Positions 40,144-54,416 of a stretch of 64,000 bases of DNA are shown here, one piece after another. The notes under the pieces are model-generated. The model ran no database searches, was not told the origin of the DNA, and was given only the letters and a program-made list of their open reading frames with translations. The position numbers were made by a program, and so were the translations under genes. Source of the stretch: Trichosphaerium sp. ATCC 40318 (lineage: Eukaryota; Protista; Tubulinea); the NCBI GenBank assembly GCA_038496445.1, contig JALMLS010000344.1, positions 248,001 to 312,000 of the forward strand. Direction: 5' to 3'. Each line of letters opens with the position of its first letter. Position 1 is the first letter of the stretch.

Positions 40144-43100
40144 ATGAAACGCACACCGATTAGCTTTTTCCCGAAGCATTTGGCTGGTTCGTTAAATTTG
40201 CTATTAAACCAATGTTTACGTCATTAGGTGGCCGTATGTATGCGCAAAAAGGGCTACAGTTAATAATTGGTCCTAATGGACCAGCAATTATTGCTACGTA
40301 TCGTAAACATGGTGAGAGCGTTTTATTACGCGTGTGTAAGCCAATTAATATCATTGTAGGCACTTTTATGGTTTATGACACCACAACGCATGAAGTCGAT
40401 GAAATTGCTGCGCTTAGTGTTCCACTGAACGAGCTTGTTGTAACTCCGACCTTTAATATAATTACCTTACACCAAATCACAGAAGGTAAAAAAAAGCAAC
40501 AAGTAAGTGGCTCAAAGCCTTCCTCTCAGCTAAACTATAACCTATAGATAATGCTTAAATACGATTTGAAGACAAAAGAAGAATCTCATTTCACCCTGCC
40601 TCCTGAAGTCCCTACTATTACATCTATTAGGGCCAATGATACTGATGTAGTATTGTTGACATCCACAGACACTTATAAAATTGATGTCAATGTTGATTTC
40701 ACGGTAAACATTTTTGAATGAATTTTCGAATTTTAAACTGCTTTTATCATCTTCACAGAATAAGATCAAGGTCTCAAAAGTAGTTGTTTATAGGTTGTAA
40801 GAAAAATACAATTCTCATCATCGAAGACCACATATATGATAAGTGCGCTAACGGTATTGAAAGGTAAGAAATCGAGAACCTCTTTTACCTATTCACACTT
40901 TTTTTTACATAGGAGACAAACTTTTGATTGGCACATTGCAGACATTTGCGTTATGGAATGTTGTAACTTGTAAACTTATTAGGGAAGGAACATGTTCAGA
41001 TCGCACCAAAAAGGATAATATGAGTTCGTTTGTATTGCTAGACTTTAAAGAACAAGACAACTGTGTACGTAATTTTTTTCATTGCTAATTTTTCACTTTT
41101 TATCTCTAGGTTGTTGGTGCTACTGCTGATGAAATAATTATATTCGGCTCCAATGGAACAGCGATGCGTGTGAGAACATCATCTAGTATTACTTCGTTAC
41201 TACTCGAGGATCAAATAGTGTACGCTGGAGATGTTTCTGGAAACATTACGAAATACAGTCTTAAGCTAGGTAAGTATTGAAAAGTTCCTCTCCTCCGCTT
41301 TTGGTCTGTTTAATTGATGTTAATGATAGGGAGAAAGGTGAATGCTTTGTCAAACAGACACTCAAAGGATTCAGGGAAACAATCGATTGTCTTTCAATTA
41401 AAAACACGTGTTAAACGCATGCTAAGATTGGAAGCTTTTCTTATCACGCTCTATGAGAAGGAGATATGTGTTTGGTCTACTAACTTAAAGAACATGAAGT
41501 ATCCTATAAAGAGTATTGCATTACATGGATTTGGTTCAGCTATTTCGATTCTGGACGGCATGATTCACTTGTTTGTTTCTACTCAAGAAGATGATGAAGA
41601 AAATCTTGTACGTGGTTTAGGCAGTCAATATCCGATACAAGAAATTTCCACATTCATTGAAAACTGGTGTGCCGTGCTACTTGGCAGTGTAATTGCTAAG
41701 GACAGTCGACTCCCATATGGCAATGACAGCTCTTTTTTTTTTTGAAGCATTTTACTAATACCTATTCTAGTTTGTTACCTGGGCTCCTGAGGTTAAAAGA
41801 TTACAGTAAGTAGAGTTTACAAGTAATGTAGGTCCTTGGTTTTGATTATCAATTTAGGGATGAACAAAGCAATATTATAAGTGTAAATGATTCGTTTGAT
41901 AACACTGTTAGAAAAACAGGGTAATTTTTTCCTACGTCAACACAACAACACGTTATTTCAGTACTGTGGTAGGCTGTATTAATTTTTTTTTCTAGAGAGT
42001 TGCGTATAATACAGGATTCTCTTAAGAATCAGTCAAAAGGCAAATTGCGTTATTTTCAACTGCGTGAGAACATTTTGTATGAGTTTAAGTCTAGCAAGGT
42101 ACTTACATTGAACCTTTTTTGGATTCCTATCTTTGACTATGTATTTCTTCCTAGAATAAGAGATCTATCGATTGTTACGTTTTGACTGGGTCAACTACTG
42201 TAACAAGAAAAGAAACTGGGAAAAAGAGGAAACCTGCTTTAGTAGTTATATTGCAATCAAAGAAATTCTACTTGTTCGCACGTAACACTGTTGAACTTGA
42301 AGGTTGGCATAACGCACTATCAAATGCTGTTCAAGTACGACTATTATTACTTTATCATCTACTTACAATCTCTTCAGGATGCTCAACTTCAAACTGTGTG
42401 GAAAATAGACAATGCAAATGTAAAACTTTTGGATGAATTGCATAGGGATGAAACAAGAGTTGTTAGGTTTGCATAAGATTTACACCTGAGTTCTCTCATT
42501 ATTATTAGCCGTGCGGAGTATCATGGGAATATGGTTTGTATTGTGAAGTACACTGAAGATATATCAGCAAAGTTATTTAATCGTGAAGTCAATATACTCG
42601 GGTACAACAAGATTTTGTTTTTGCATTGTTAACGTTCTAACGTTTAACCAAAGTGCTATTTCCGATCCAAACATTGTTTCAGTACTTGGTGCAAGTACAG
42701 CCAAGGGACAACTGGCCGTAATGTATCCATATCTCATGGTATGTAGTTATTAACATTGTTTTTTTTATAACTTATGTTAGCACGGAAGCGTCGAAGATTT
42801 AATTGCGGGAAAGAAGTGCAAAGGATTCGATAAATCTCAATGGACATGGAAATTAGCATTAACATTTATCTGGAACGTTGTATCGGGTATGGTCTCAAAT
42901 AGAGAGTTCTTTCTTTGTGTTGAGCTAAATTTTTTGCTTTAAGGTATGCAGTATCTTCACAACTTTAGTGTGAACAACATCAAGCGTCCTATTATTCATG
43001 GTCGTTTGAATCCTCGAACAGTTCTTGTAAAGGATATTCAGAAGGAAATGGGAATTTGTGTGCAAATCACAGGCATGTGGTCATTTATACTTTAGTGCTA

Positions 43101-46100
43101 AGTTAAAGCAGGGTTTCTGGATAGAAAGTTTTCAAAATGTAACCTACCTGCTGTGTATAAAGCTCCAGAGCGTAGTCATACAAAGCCATCAACAAAAATG
43201 GACGTCTTCAGGTACGTTGAATAGACCCTTAGCTTCCTCTTCTACAATATTATTAATCTTGCGTGCAGTTTTGGTATTCTGTTGATAGAACTATTAACAT
43301 GGAAAAAACCATGGGAGGGCGTTAGTGATGAAGAGATATTACGGCGTCAAAAAAACAATGAAATACCAGAACTACCTTCTTATATTGATGAAGATCTCAA
43401 AACACTCATAGAGAGTATGTGTCAGTAGCAACTTCACCAGTTTTCTTTAATCTTTCAAATAGGATGTCTAGATGTAAAACCAAAACAAAGACCTTCATTT
43501 GATGGGATACTTGCAGCTTTAATGGATGTATCATGTAAACTAGTTGCTAAGAATTATGTAAACCAAATTGTTTTTCATTCCAAAGCTACTATAAGCACAA
43601 CGTATGTAATAGTTATTCCCTGGATACACGGCACAATCTCGATCAATTTTTGTGTACTTGTAACTCTAACGTATTTAATTGTTTGCAGGATGATGAGTTT
43701 GAGTTCAATGAAGTTACCACAAAAACTATATGGACGTCATAAGATCTTGCATCATATATTTAGTCTATTTGATCATGCAGTTGCTGGAGATGTTGGTATT
43801 TGTATTATAGATGCTTTTCCAGGAATGGGTAAATCTCTTTTGTTACAAACCATAAACGACGTACGGCATCCAAAACGAAAGAATTTTGATAATCATGTTT
43901 GACTTTGTATTTGTAGCTCTTTACGCCTATGGCCGGTGTGTCATGTGTAGGGCATTATGGTAAAGAGATATCAGGCCTAGAAAATAATAGTACTGGCGTT
44001 ATATATGCTTTAAGGTAAGTTCTAGATTACGATAATAGAAATGTCACAATGTTGATGCTTTTATAGACAAACTATCAAAGCAAGATTGGCGACTCAAACT
44101 CCCGAAGAAAAAAATGGTTGGCGGAACGCTTTGTTGTACTTGTTTGAAGAACAAGAACTTATTGTATTGCGTCATATGATACCAGAGTTGGAAACTGGTA
44201 TTTTCACTGGTGTACGTCCATCAACGTCTAGTGGGTTTGTTTTTAAAACTAAGTTGATTTTTTAGCCTGAAGTTGTTGATGTTGATGACATGTCTCTCAC
44301 CGTGAGAACAAACTCTAGTAGTACAGAAACTTGGGAAGACAGACCAGGGACATCATTTGACCTCATGCGAAGTCTTTTGATACGGCTTATAGCTAAACTC
44401 ATAGCTACAGGTCAGCCGGATCAAAAAATATATTCAGTAACATACTCACGTTGTTTGATAGAGCATCGACCACTTACTTTGCTTCTTGATTCTGTTGAAC
44501 AGATTGATGACGGTTCTTTACAACTTTTAACAGAGCTTGTTACTGATGAAGATGTGGGTAATCTATTTGTTGTACTTGCTTGTAGAGAGAGCGGTAAAAG
44601 CCAAGAAGAATTAGCTGTATATGTGCGTTCTACAATCTGCTTTTGTGCTTTTTTGTAGTGACTGTTGTAGGCTGCTTTGAAAGCTCTTGAAAAGAAATTT
44701 GCATCAAAGAGACACCGCGCGATTTCGCGTTATTCTCTACAACCATTACAAGTTGATGATGTAGCTTGTTTACTATCAGACTACTCCAGTCGTCCGAAAG
44801 AGGATGTAATGGAGCTAGCCAAGATAGTAACAGGTTAGTTATACCACGCTTGATGTTAAGCTAACGACTGCTTTTAGATAGAGCCCTAGGAAATCCTGAG
44901 CTGACTCACGAGTTCATACAACACTTGTGTTTCCAGCGTACTATTAATCAGTCTTCTGATGGAAAATGGGAATGGGATACGTCTAAAATACAGAACGTTG
45001 TAGTGAACGCAGATAAAATTATCTCTATGAAACTATCAGTAAGGAAACACGTTTTCTCGTTTTTTTCCTAACTTGCTAAATTTTATAGAAACTCCCTGAA
45101 GATGTAGTTAGTAACTTGTTACTAATGAGTTTCTTTGACGATGTTTGTCAAGTATCACATCTTGTTGGTTTAAGCCACATTAGTATATCCTTGACATCGG
45201 TATGTACTTTTCTTCGCTCCAAGGTGCACTTCAAATAACTTGTTTTTAAGGATCGTAAGATAACTTATGATATAACCAAACCTCCATGTTTGAGTAGTAT
45301 ACAATCAGCAATAACGGATCTAAAAGAAGATCTGGAACATGCAAGCTTGATAGGATTTATTGATATAAAAGAGAATACTGTTGAATTTTCTAAACAAAAA
45401 ATTCAAGAAACTTTGTATGGACTGTTCACAAAGAAGCATCGAGCAAAAATACATCTTGAAATAGGAGAAGTACTTGAGAAGCTTAGAGGTAGTTGTGGTA
45501 AACAACGCCGAAAGTATGAACGTATGCTCCAGTTCAGAGCACTATTGCGCAGTTTTTTTTAATCAAGTATTTAGCACTCCCCTATCACCTCTCCGTTAGT
45601 CACCTCAACAAAGGAAGTTCCTTGTTCTCACCAGAAAAGAAACTAGAGCTTGCTGAGATAAACTACAAGTGTGCCTTGAGAGCCGCTAAGACCAGTGCAC
45701 ATACAACTGCTAATCATCATTTTTTGTTTGCTCTCGAGTTGATTAATCTTGCGGAAAGTAGTACGAACCGTTGATGCTATTCTATCTCATTTCTTTTAGC
45801 ATCTGCTTGGAAAAAGAATTTCACCTTACTTTGGAACATCCATAACGCTCTATTTGATTGCCAAATGAAGCTTGGTCAAGTGATACAGGTAGAACAAAGA
45901 AACCAACTTTTACGGCTAAACATTTTCTAGGCAAAAGAAACAGCAAGGATATTAGTTAAGCGAGCTTCAACTAAGTCTCAAATAGCACGAGGATATTTAA
46001 ACAAAGCACGATTGTTTCAATACAAACCAGATCCCGAAGTACGCTCATGGTTAATTCATACAACATTGTTAAATGGCATTAGACTTTCGACATTGGATGT

Positions 46101-49100
46101 GAGTGTATGCGCGTGCTTGGCCTATTTGACGGTCCTGCACTGTCATATGATGGCGATATTAAAGATGTTCATATAAAGTACTTGGCACATCTCGAGGCTG
46201 AGATTGAAGTTATGAGTGGCTGCAGTAAGATATCGTTTATCAACACAGTACTAACGTTTTATCAAAAGGTGAACTCAAAGTGAAGACATTTAAGAAGCTC
46301 ATCGGACGAAAAGGGAAGCCTAGCAAGAATGCAACAATGGCTAATGAGATGCTTATATACATGTTTGCTCCTATTATGTACTCTCATCATGAATACTATA
46401 CTCCATTGTTTGTTTTGCTTTGGATAAGGCTTTACTACACAGGTTAGTAAAGTATAGCTCAGTTAATGGTGTTAACACCTTTTAGAGCCCGTACTATTGA
46501 CCAGTGCTCTATTGGGTGTTTGTGGTTGTTATTTGGCTACCTATAAGCGCAATCATAGTAACAGTATTCGATTCCTTCAAGAATCAATTGATCACTTTAA
46601 GTCAAGTGATGTTGAAGCAACAAAGATTTATGCAGTACTTGCAGAACATCTACTGCATAAAGTAGCGTACGAAATGAATTCTAATGATTGTATCTGTATC
46701 TAATATTTTCACTAGACCTTGGAAGGTATTTAAAAGTGCTATAGCAGACGGTAAACAAAGGGCAAAATTTGTACGTTCCTGTGCTAAATCAACAATGTTA
46801 ACTGTGTTTTTTCAAGAATGGTGAGACATTGTCATATGTTGTTTGTGCAGCTTCAGAACTGGAGTCAATGGTATAGTTTGACTATATATATTCGTAATAT
46901 TGATTCTCTTTTTAGATGCTAGCCGGCTGGCCGCTTGCTGACACTAGGAAGGAAGCTTTAAATTGGCAACAAGAAATAAACATGACTGTTGAGGCAGACA
47001 CGTTTATAGCTGGTTGTGTGAACTTTTTGGTTTCTTCAACGATAGATACTATAGAAGCGTTAGAGATTGGTAACATTCGAAAAAATGCTGCTCTTAAGGT
47101 GTTAAGAAGAGAATCTAAGCAGAATGCTTTGGTAGTCGATGCACGTGAACTGTTTTTTTTAAGTCTATTGCTTTAGTTTACTGACTTATTCTTATTACAT
47201 AGTCACACCCTTTTATGGCATTTAGAAGAACCCTAGATAAAATGATGGTAGCTTATACATTTAATAATTATGACGAAATCATTGAGGTTGCTGAAGAACA
47301 GTTAAAACAAGCAACATGGGACATATCGAAACTAGTTGAGGTAAGTGATAATATTATTATGGAATGGTTCATTGTTACTCAGATGTCTTATCGTTTTCTA
47401 GACTATCTTCGGAGGCATGGTATTTTGTGCATTCACTTGCTTGGCAGGATTGAATATGAAATACACCGCGCGTTCATCAGAGAAGAGGTACATACATGGA
47501 AAAAAACCAAATTATGTTTGGTACTAATGTAAACAATAGGCGCAAGGGTTCAGATTATATGCATAAATATTTTAAGAAACTAAGGTTACATGAACAAGGT
47601 GGAGGTAATGCTTTGCCATGGATTACTTTGATTAAAGCCGAACGAGCAAAGTACAAGTACGTAAACTGTGCCATGAACCAACATCTTACAAAACACATAA
47701 TAGATTGTCTATTAATGATGATGAAAGTGCTCTCGGTGACTATGCTAATGTACTACAGTTGTATATAAAGGTACCTATTGATTTAATGAATGCAATAACG
47801 TGATATGTTTGATAGGCCGCAAAGCAAGCCATAAAGGTTAATAGCTTACACATAGCAGCATATGCAAATGAAGCATGTGCTACTTTTTGTGCGTCTGTTA
47901 GCGCTTTCAGGAATATATCTGGTGTATACGTTCAAGAAGCAGTTAAGTACTATAACGAATGGGGAGCAAACTACAAAGCCGAAATGGTATTGGTGGCGTT
48001 TAAAGGGAACAATGAAGTGCCAACAACTTCAGGCAAGTAATTTGTTTAAAAAACAAGATTTTTCCCAGTCTAATATTTCTTACAGGCATAGACACTGCAA
48101 CAATGGATATCCTTAAATTATATAGTCAGAGTATTGAGAATCAATTCAATGCATTAACTCCAAAAGAAAATGTATCAGTGGAACAGAGACGTATGAAACA
48201 TGCTCATGCTTTTTTTTTCTTTTCTTGTTCTTGTTTAATGCTTATCAAGGGATTAACTGCACTTTCCACCTTTTCAATAACGCCTTGGATATGCTCAATG
48301 ACGGTGATGATAACTTTACAGATGACAGTTTATCGTTCAGAGAGTACAAGCTTTTTGTTTTACCACTATCTCATTTTTTTCTTTTTTTAGCAGCAACCCT
48401 CTTACTCGATCTGCTTCTCTTATCAGAACGCGGTCAACTACTTTTGATGATATAATATCAAATGAACCACTTAAGCTTACAAATTTACGTTTCTTGCTTG
48501 AAGAGACCATTGCAATAGTGAAGCACAGTGACAAGGTAAATATAAACTGACCAGCAATGTTTCTCTTTTTTTGGCATGTTGTTCCATTATAACTTTATAA
48601 TCGTAGAAAAGCAAAGTGCAATTGTATTATCCTGAATCAATTAATTACACTGTGACTGGGGAGTACGTCACTTGTTGGTTTTTTTCTATCTCTTATGTCA
48701 CATTGCTAATGTAATAAATAGTACTACATTACTCCAACAGCTTTTATTATATACTATGCTGTCTTATTTAAATGACATTGAAAATAACACATTACTTGTT
48801 ATACCATTTGTGTAAGTATTTATTAACTCGTATTTTGTTGTATTAACCTTGGTTTGTAGCGGTGGCAATGATGATGAAGTTTGTATTCAAATGACAAACT
48901 TCAGACCTATTTCTGTGGATTCACCTGTTAAGGGAGATGTAACCGCCGTACCAGAACGCATACAAAATGCAATGCGTGCAGGTAAGACTATTGCTTTGGT
49001 TTTTTTTTGTTGGTAACTTTGCTTTAGTCAGTGATATTATTGGTTATGTATCTGGTCGTGTAACGTATAAAAAGCATACGGATGATATCAATAGAACTTT

Positions 49101-49635
49101 ATGTCTATCAGTTGTAATAGAACAGAATGAAGACGTAGATGTTGAATCAGAAGAGGAACCAAAAGGTTACGCTTTAAATACTTGTTTTGGTATTTTTCTA
49201 ACTATTCAAAAAAAAGGTATTTTAGTTGCTTCTAAAGATATGCTCATGTGTACTGTATTGTGTGGATATTTATCATCTTGGGGTATACGAAATGAGGTAA
49301 TAACACAATAGGAAACATTAAACTCACATGTGACAATCTAGGTGGTTCTAAATTTGGTTACTCTTCCAGTTGATAAGAAGTTTTATTTATATGTTTTAAT
49401 TGATGAAGATCTGCTTAATGATAAGCAACAAATGCTATTCTTGGATCAGTATAAGCTTAGATACCCTTCAAGTAGACGTGTTCTAATTGAGCGTTCGACA
49501 GATAGTGAACATAAATCATTATGCGATAGTAGTATTAGCGCAAATGTACAAAGAAATCAACTTGAGTCTGTTTTTGGGTTTTTAAAAAAAGAGCCAAAAC
49601 GAACTAAAAACAAAGAATCACGTGTAGAAAAATAA
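40144..49635 (+). CDS. Giant signalling protein: beta-propeller-like N-terminus, PH, TKL pseudokinase, STAND/AAA ATPase, TPR-like region, degenerate histidine-kinase and receiver domains
   Basis: PH (RYFQLRENILYEFKS, ELEGWHNAL); kinase fold (GMQYLH, KAPE, DVFSFGILL, RPSF); Walker A AFPGMGKS; Walker B LLLDSVE; LGNPE; YNEWGANYKAE; HATPase-like LRFLLEE and GDTTLLQQLL; REC-like ILVASKD...YLSSWG...VLIDE. Confidence 0.8.
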
Positions 49636-49768
49636 AAGTGTACAATAGGGCTTTAATGTATAAGGTATTTTTTTCCATTACCAATACCTGTTACAGTGAA
49701 GTACGGACAAAGGGGAAAACATCAATCAACTTTTATTTTTTTTCCGTTTTTTTTCTGATTCTACTTGC

Positions 49769-52700
49769 TCAATCGTAGTCTGGTTTTACTGCTACCCATC
49801 CTCCATTTGATTGTGGTGGCGATTTTGGTTTGTCTAACGGTTTTTGTGAGTCTCCTGAATCATTTATTGCCGTGCCTAGCAATGGTTGCTTCAATGAGGG
49901 CTCGTTTATGTCTTTCAAAGACATTGAATTTGTGTTAATTAGTGCTGCTCCATTTCCATTTGATGTATTCTTCCATAGAGCCCTCTCTGCAGGTACTTCA
50001 TCTTTTAATTCGTCTTTTTCTTCATCATCTAGTTTAACTCCATTGTCTTTATCATACTTCATAAACACTACATATGTCGGTAGAACTTGAGCTTCTAAAA
50101 AGAAAGAAAATTATCACAAGTGAATGGAAAACAACTATTTACTAGAAATAATGGTTGGTGACAAGTTGCATAAACGAAGAAAATATAACTTGCCTTGGAA
50201 GATAACAAATTCAGTTGTAAAGTAAGCTGGTCTACTCTTTCTTCGTTTCCTCTTTGGTTCTTTGTACGGAAGCCCTTTCTTATCAACTAACACATTACAG
50301 TTAATATCTACTAAATCATTAAAGGTAAGCTAGTACCAAGTACGAAGTGACTCTGGTAACCAGGTTTTCCAGGCTAATAAAAAAAATCAGTTTTTAGAAA
50401 GTTACAAAAATTAAGAATGGTTTACTTGTCCTTTCAGGCTATTTTCTGATGAATGCGGATGCTCAATAGTTGGGTATACATTACCTTAGGAATAGAATAA
50501 GTACTATACAGAGTTGTAGAGGCTTACCAGGAGCAGCAAATGCTATAATTATAGGTACTTCTCCATCATTATTTCTTCTCGCATATTTTGTAGCATACTT
50601 CATATCTGACGTGAAGTACATACCTTCACAGTTTTAACATTTTGTTCGTTTTTGATTACCAGCCATGCACTTACCTTGCCCATAGAATCCATCATCTAAA
50701 CGTTATGAGTACGTTGTAGTAAGGAAATACGAATTAGAACTTACCTACTTGAGCCACAGTACCAAAACCGGAACCACAGATCTGTTGAACAAAACGATAA
50801 GTTTTGGAGTCTAGAGAAAAATATGGCTTCTATTTTTACCTTCCAACACGTGTTTTCATCTGTACCATGTAGTACTGGCATTACAGGCATACTCTTAGGT
50901 TCTTTCCTCTCTTCATTCCACACAAACTCATTTGTGTACTTTTGGTATTGCTCATACACAAAATCACGTGCTTTCCTGTCTTCATCGTCCTAAAACATTT
51001 GTTTATTACATACCAAGAATAAAACTAGTCATAGGTCATAAAGCTGTTATGTATTACCCGTTGCCATTCTTTTGTATTGAAGATAGAGCTACTAAATAGG
51101 GAGAAAAGTTAATGTGAATACAAAAGAAAAGCTGCTTTTGTTTTATCGTGCCTTGATTGCCATTTGTTTAGAATTGTTTGAATAGCACTTCCAAACTGTA
51201 AAGATAGACTCTTATTATGTATTTGATACGCTCGTGATATATACATGCCATCACTTAACGATAGTTAAACAGAAAACCGTTCAAAATGAAAAAGAAGCTT
51301 AACAAAAAACGACTTAACAACTCAACACGTACGGCTTCATGTGATTCACAATATTCTTACACCTTTCATATTCTTTCCCAGTTTTCGATTTGGCTTTAAA
51401 AAATATGTATTAGATAAACCATGTGGCTGTAAACGAGTACAGAAATAAACATCTAAAAATAAACTTACGTTTCAACGCAATCATCTTGTAGTCTGGTCTT
51501 TCATCCCAATCCATTTCTCTGTCAGGCATCCATGGTTCTGAACCGTATTCACCTGTTTACATGGCATTAATACTACGACAAAAGGCAGTACTTAAAACAT
51601 GTTGTAACAAAACGAACGCCTGTAAAAAAAAAGTGATAGAAAAGTGTATACCTGCAAGTTTCTTTTGTTGGTCAGCGATTCTTTGTGCAAATCTTTTCCT
51701 TGATCTTATTCTATAAAATATAAAGATACCAATAAAAAGGATAGATAATATCAAAGTAGCAGTCAGAGGTAACCCGATGTACAACACCCATTCTACAAAG
51801 AAAAAAAGAGTTAAATAAAGAAAAACAGTTGACAACAAATATGTCTTACTTATCCAGTCAGTACAAAACAGGCAGTTGGGTTTCTTGTATTTAAAAGTTA
51901 AGCAGTCGGGATCCTATACTACTATTAAATTAAAGCCAAAAAAATAACAAGCTACTGGTGTTTTTAATTCCTTCGTTCTTCATTGAATACTTACTTCACA
52001 CCATGAACGATAATCTTCAATAGGTTCAGCGATATAAGTGCCTTTACCTCCTGGGTTACAGCAATGATTAGGTCCTCCATCAGATCCAAACCAGTTTTCG
52101 GCTTTATAAGTCAGCGGTGTGTCACGTGATGTTTGTCGAAAAATAACCAAATGATTTTACCTGCGTTTATACCAATACAAGAATCTTCAAGTTTACCAAC
52201 ACTCCATTGATCAGCGTCCTTTTTTCTTGCGTTAACATATTGTACACCAATGACACCAGGAAATTCATACCATAAAAGCGTTCATGTGAATATTAATATT
52301 GTCGCACGTGTACTTTCCATTACCAGGTCTTTTTAAAGATAAGAAAAAGGAAGTCGTAGATTATAAAAAACGCTCCGCTGTTCCCAGCGTGATAAAAACA
52401 AGTTTATTCCCTCATTTTCAAATCGTATGCACTTCCATGAGGGATTATGCACAGTACCGACAGTTGGAAAAAAAAAAGAAAAGAAAAAAAAAAGAGAACA
52501 TACCTTGAAAACATAATCATTGCGTATGTATCCTCTGCAGTGTTCGTATACTTTGAGAATGTATTATGAGTTATAGTAATATTCGCCAAAATAGACACCT
52601 TTGTACCAGGTGTAAGCACAAAAAAGAAGCTATTAGTATAATTTTAAGAACGTACAGGATCAATAGCACTCGTTGGAGAAAAAAATATAGATGCAGGTTG

Positions 52701-54084
52701 TTGAACACCGACAAAATTGAGGGACCCAAAGTTTGTGAATGTATTATTCATCACTTTAATATTTTTCACATCTCCTTGTAAATACATACCCTAGTGACAA
52801 AGCATAAGCCATTAAAATAGACAATAAATTACATACACTTTGTTCGAACTCGTTGTTGATAAACTCGGAGTCACTAAAGTAATCAAGACGTAACGCGCCA
52901 CCGTTTAAGAACTTTGAGTTTTTGACAATTATACCACCAAATGATGTACCACGCTCTGCGTGTACTTCCAACACAGGTGTAGGAAACCGAGCTTAAAGTT
53001 GTCAACAAAACAAACGAAAAAAATTGTCACGTGATAAAGTGATTTTCCATATTCTGTTATTGATTGATTTAAAACACAGTACCATTGCCTTGGGCCGTGA
53101 TATTATCGAATATGAGTTTTCCACCTTCTGTTTTACCATCAAGAGAAAACCACATCGCTCCACCACTTATGATAAAAGCGTTTGACCTGAAAAAACAATC
53201 CCTTCAAAAAAGTCGTTAGTTTTATTTCAAAAAAAGATAAACTATGTCTTACCGAAAGACTACGCCTGGAGAGTAAATTGTGACATCTTTTATCTTTATA
53301 CAATCCGATGAGCTGTCTTTGGTTTGATCAAAATCACAATTCTCGAAAATAACGCTTTGTAGTTTCCCATAGAGGTTAACAAGCTACAAGATAAATTATA
53401 AATATTCCTGTGTTTATTCCAACAACATACCTTTTGACCTATTAAAGAAGTGGTTAGCTATGTTGCTTAAAACAACACAAGAGTTTTCGTACTTTTAAAA
53501 TTAACTTCTGAAACAAGAAGTGTAAACACGTGAATATCATTAACATCTCCAGCTTTGTTCCGAATATTAGCACTACTTTCTAAAAAAAAATTGACTCGTC
53601 TTACCTCTTAGCGTTGCTTGGAGTGTTGGCCTTGCATGCCCAGGGACATTTGTAATGGATATGTTGTTCGTAGCGCCTCGCAAATCGAACTCACCTGAAA
53701 GCAGAGTGAGTCAAACACGAAGCTTGAGAAAAATAAAAAAAAGATATTCGTTTTTACCTGTTTGGGCAATATATGTTCCAGGGAATAACAGCACGTGATT
53801 TATTGTATTATTTACATCTAAGAAATAACGTTATAAAGTGATTAAGATCAAATAAAACCCAAAAGCTTGCGAACCAGCCTCAATAGCGTCCTTTGCTTCA
53901 TCAAGTGTTCCAAATGGATTTGCTTCGCTTCCATCACCCTTTGAGCCTTCTTTAATGTATATAGATTTCATGTAGCATACGCTAGTGGTAATGTTAAACA
54001 TATAACCGTCATCTCGCATAATTACGCGCACTTCAAAAGAAGAACACAGCAAACCAAAATGATGCGCATTCTACGTGTGTTCAT
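49769..54084 (-). CDS. Type I transmembrane protein: signal peptide, pectin-lyase-like beta-helix ectodomain, TM, cytosolic PARP-like ADP-ribosyltransferase domain
   Basis: Signal peptide MNTRRMRIILVCCVLLL; GDGSEANPFGTLDEA; ENWFGSADGGP; TM WVLYIGLPLTATLILSILFIGIFIFY-RIRSRKR; ART motifs LHGT, GFYGQGMYFTSDMKYATKY, GYQSHFV, TEFVIFQEAQVLPTYVV. Confidence 0.85.
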
Positions 54085-54416
54085 GTAAATCTAGCACGCG
54101 TATTTAAATGCGGTTGTTCGTTGTAAATACGTGGTTTTTTAACAACTTTAGTATACGTCCACGTGCTTATACTACAGATAGCGAAAAATGTAACGAGCCT
54201 GTTTTACTGCTATTGTGTCACACAAAGAATTCTTCGCGCTTAACATGATTCTAAATAAGCCCAATTTCCTGTTTTATTGTAAACTCGAGTATGGACGCTT
54301 TAGAATTTAAAAGCCTGGTTTTCCAGTACGAAGCAGATGGAACATATCAGCACGACATGGTTGCTTTATGAATAACGTTATAGAGCATGTGACAAGTTGA
54401 CACTACCAAGGCATTT

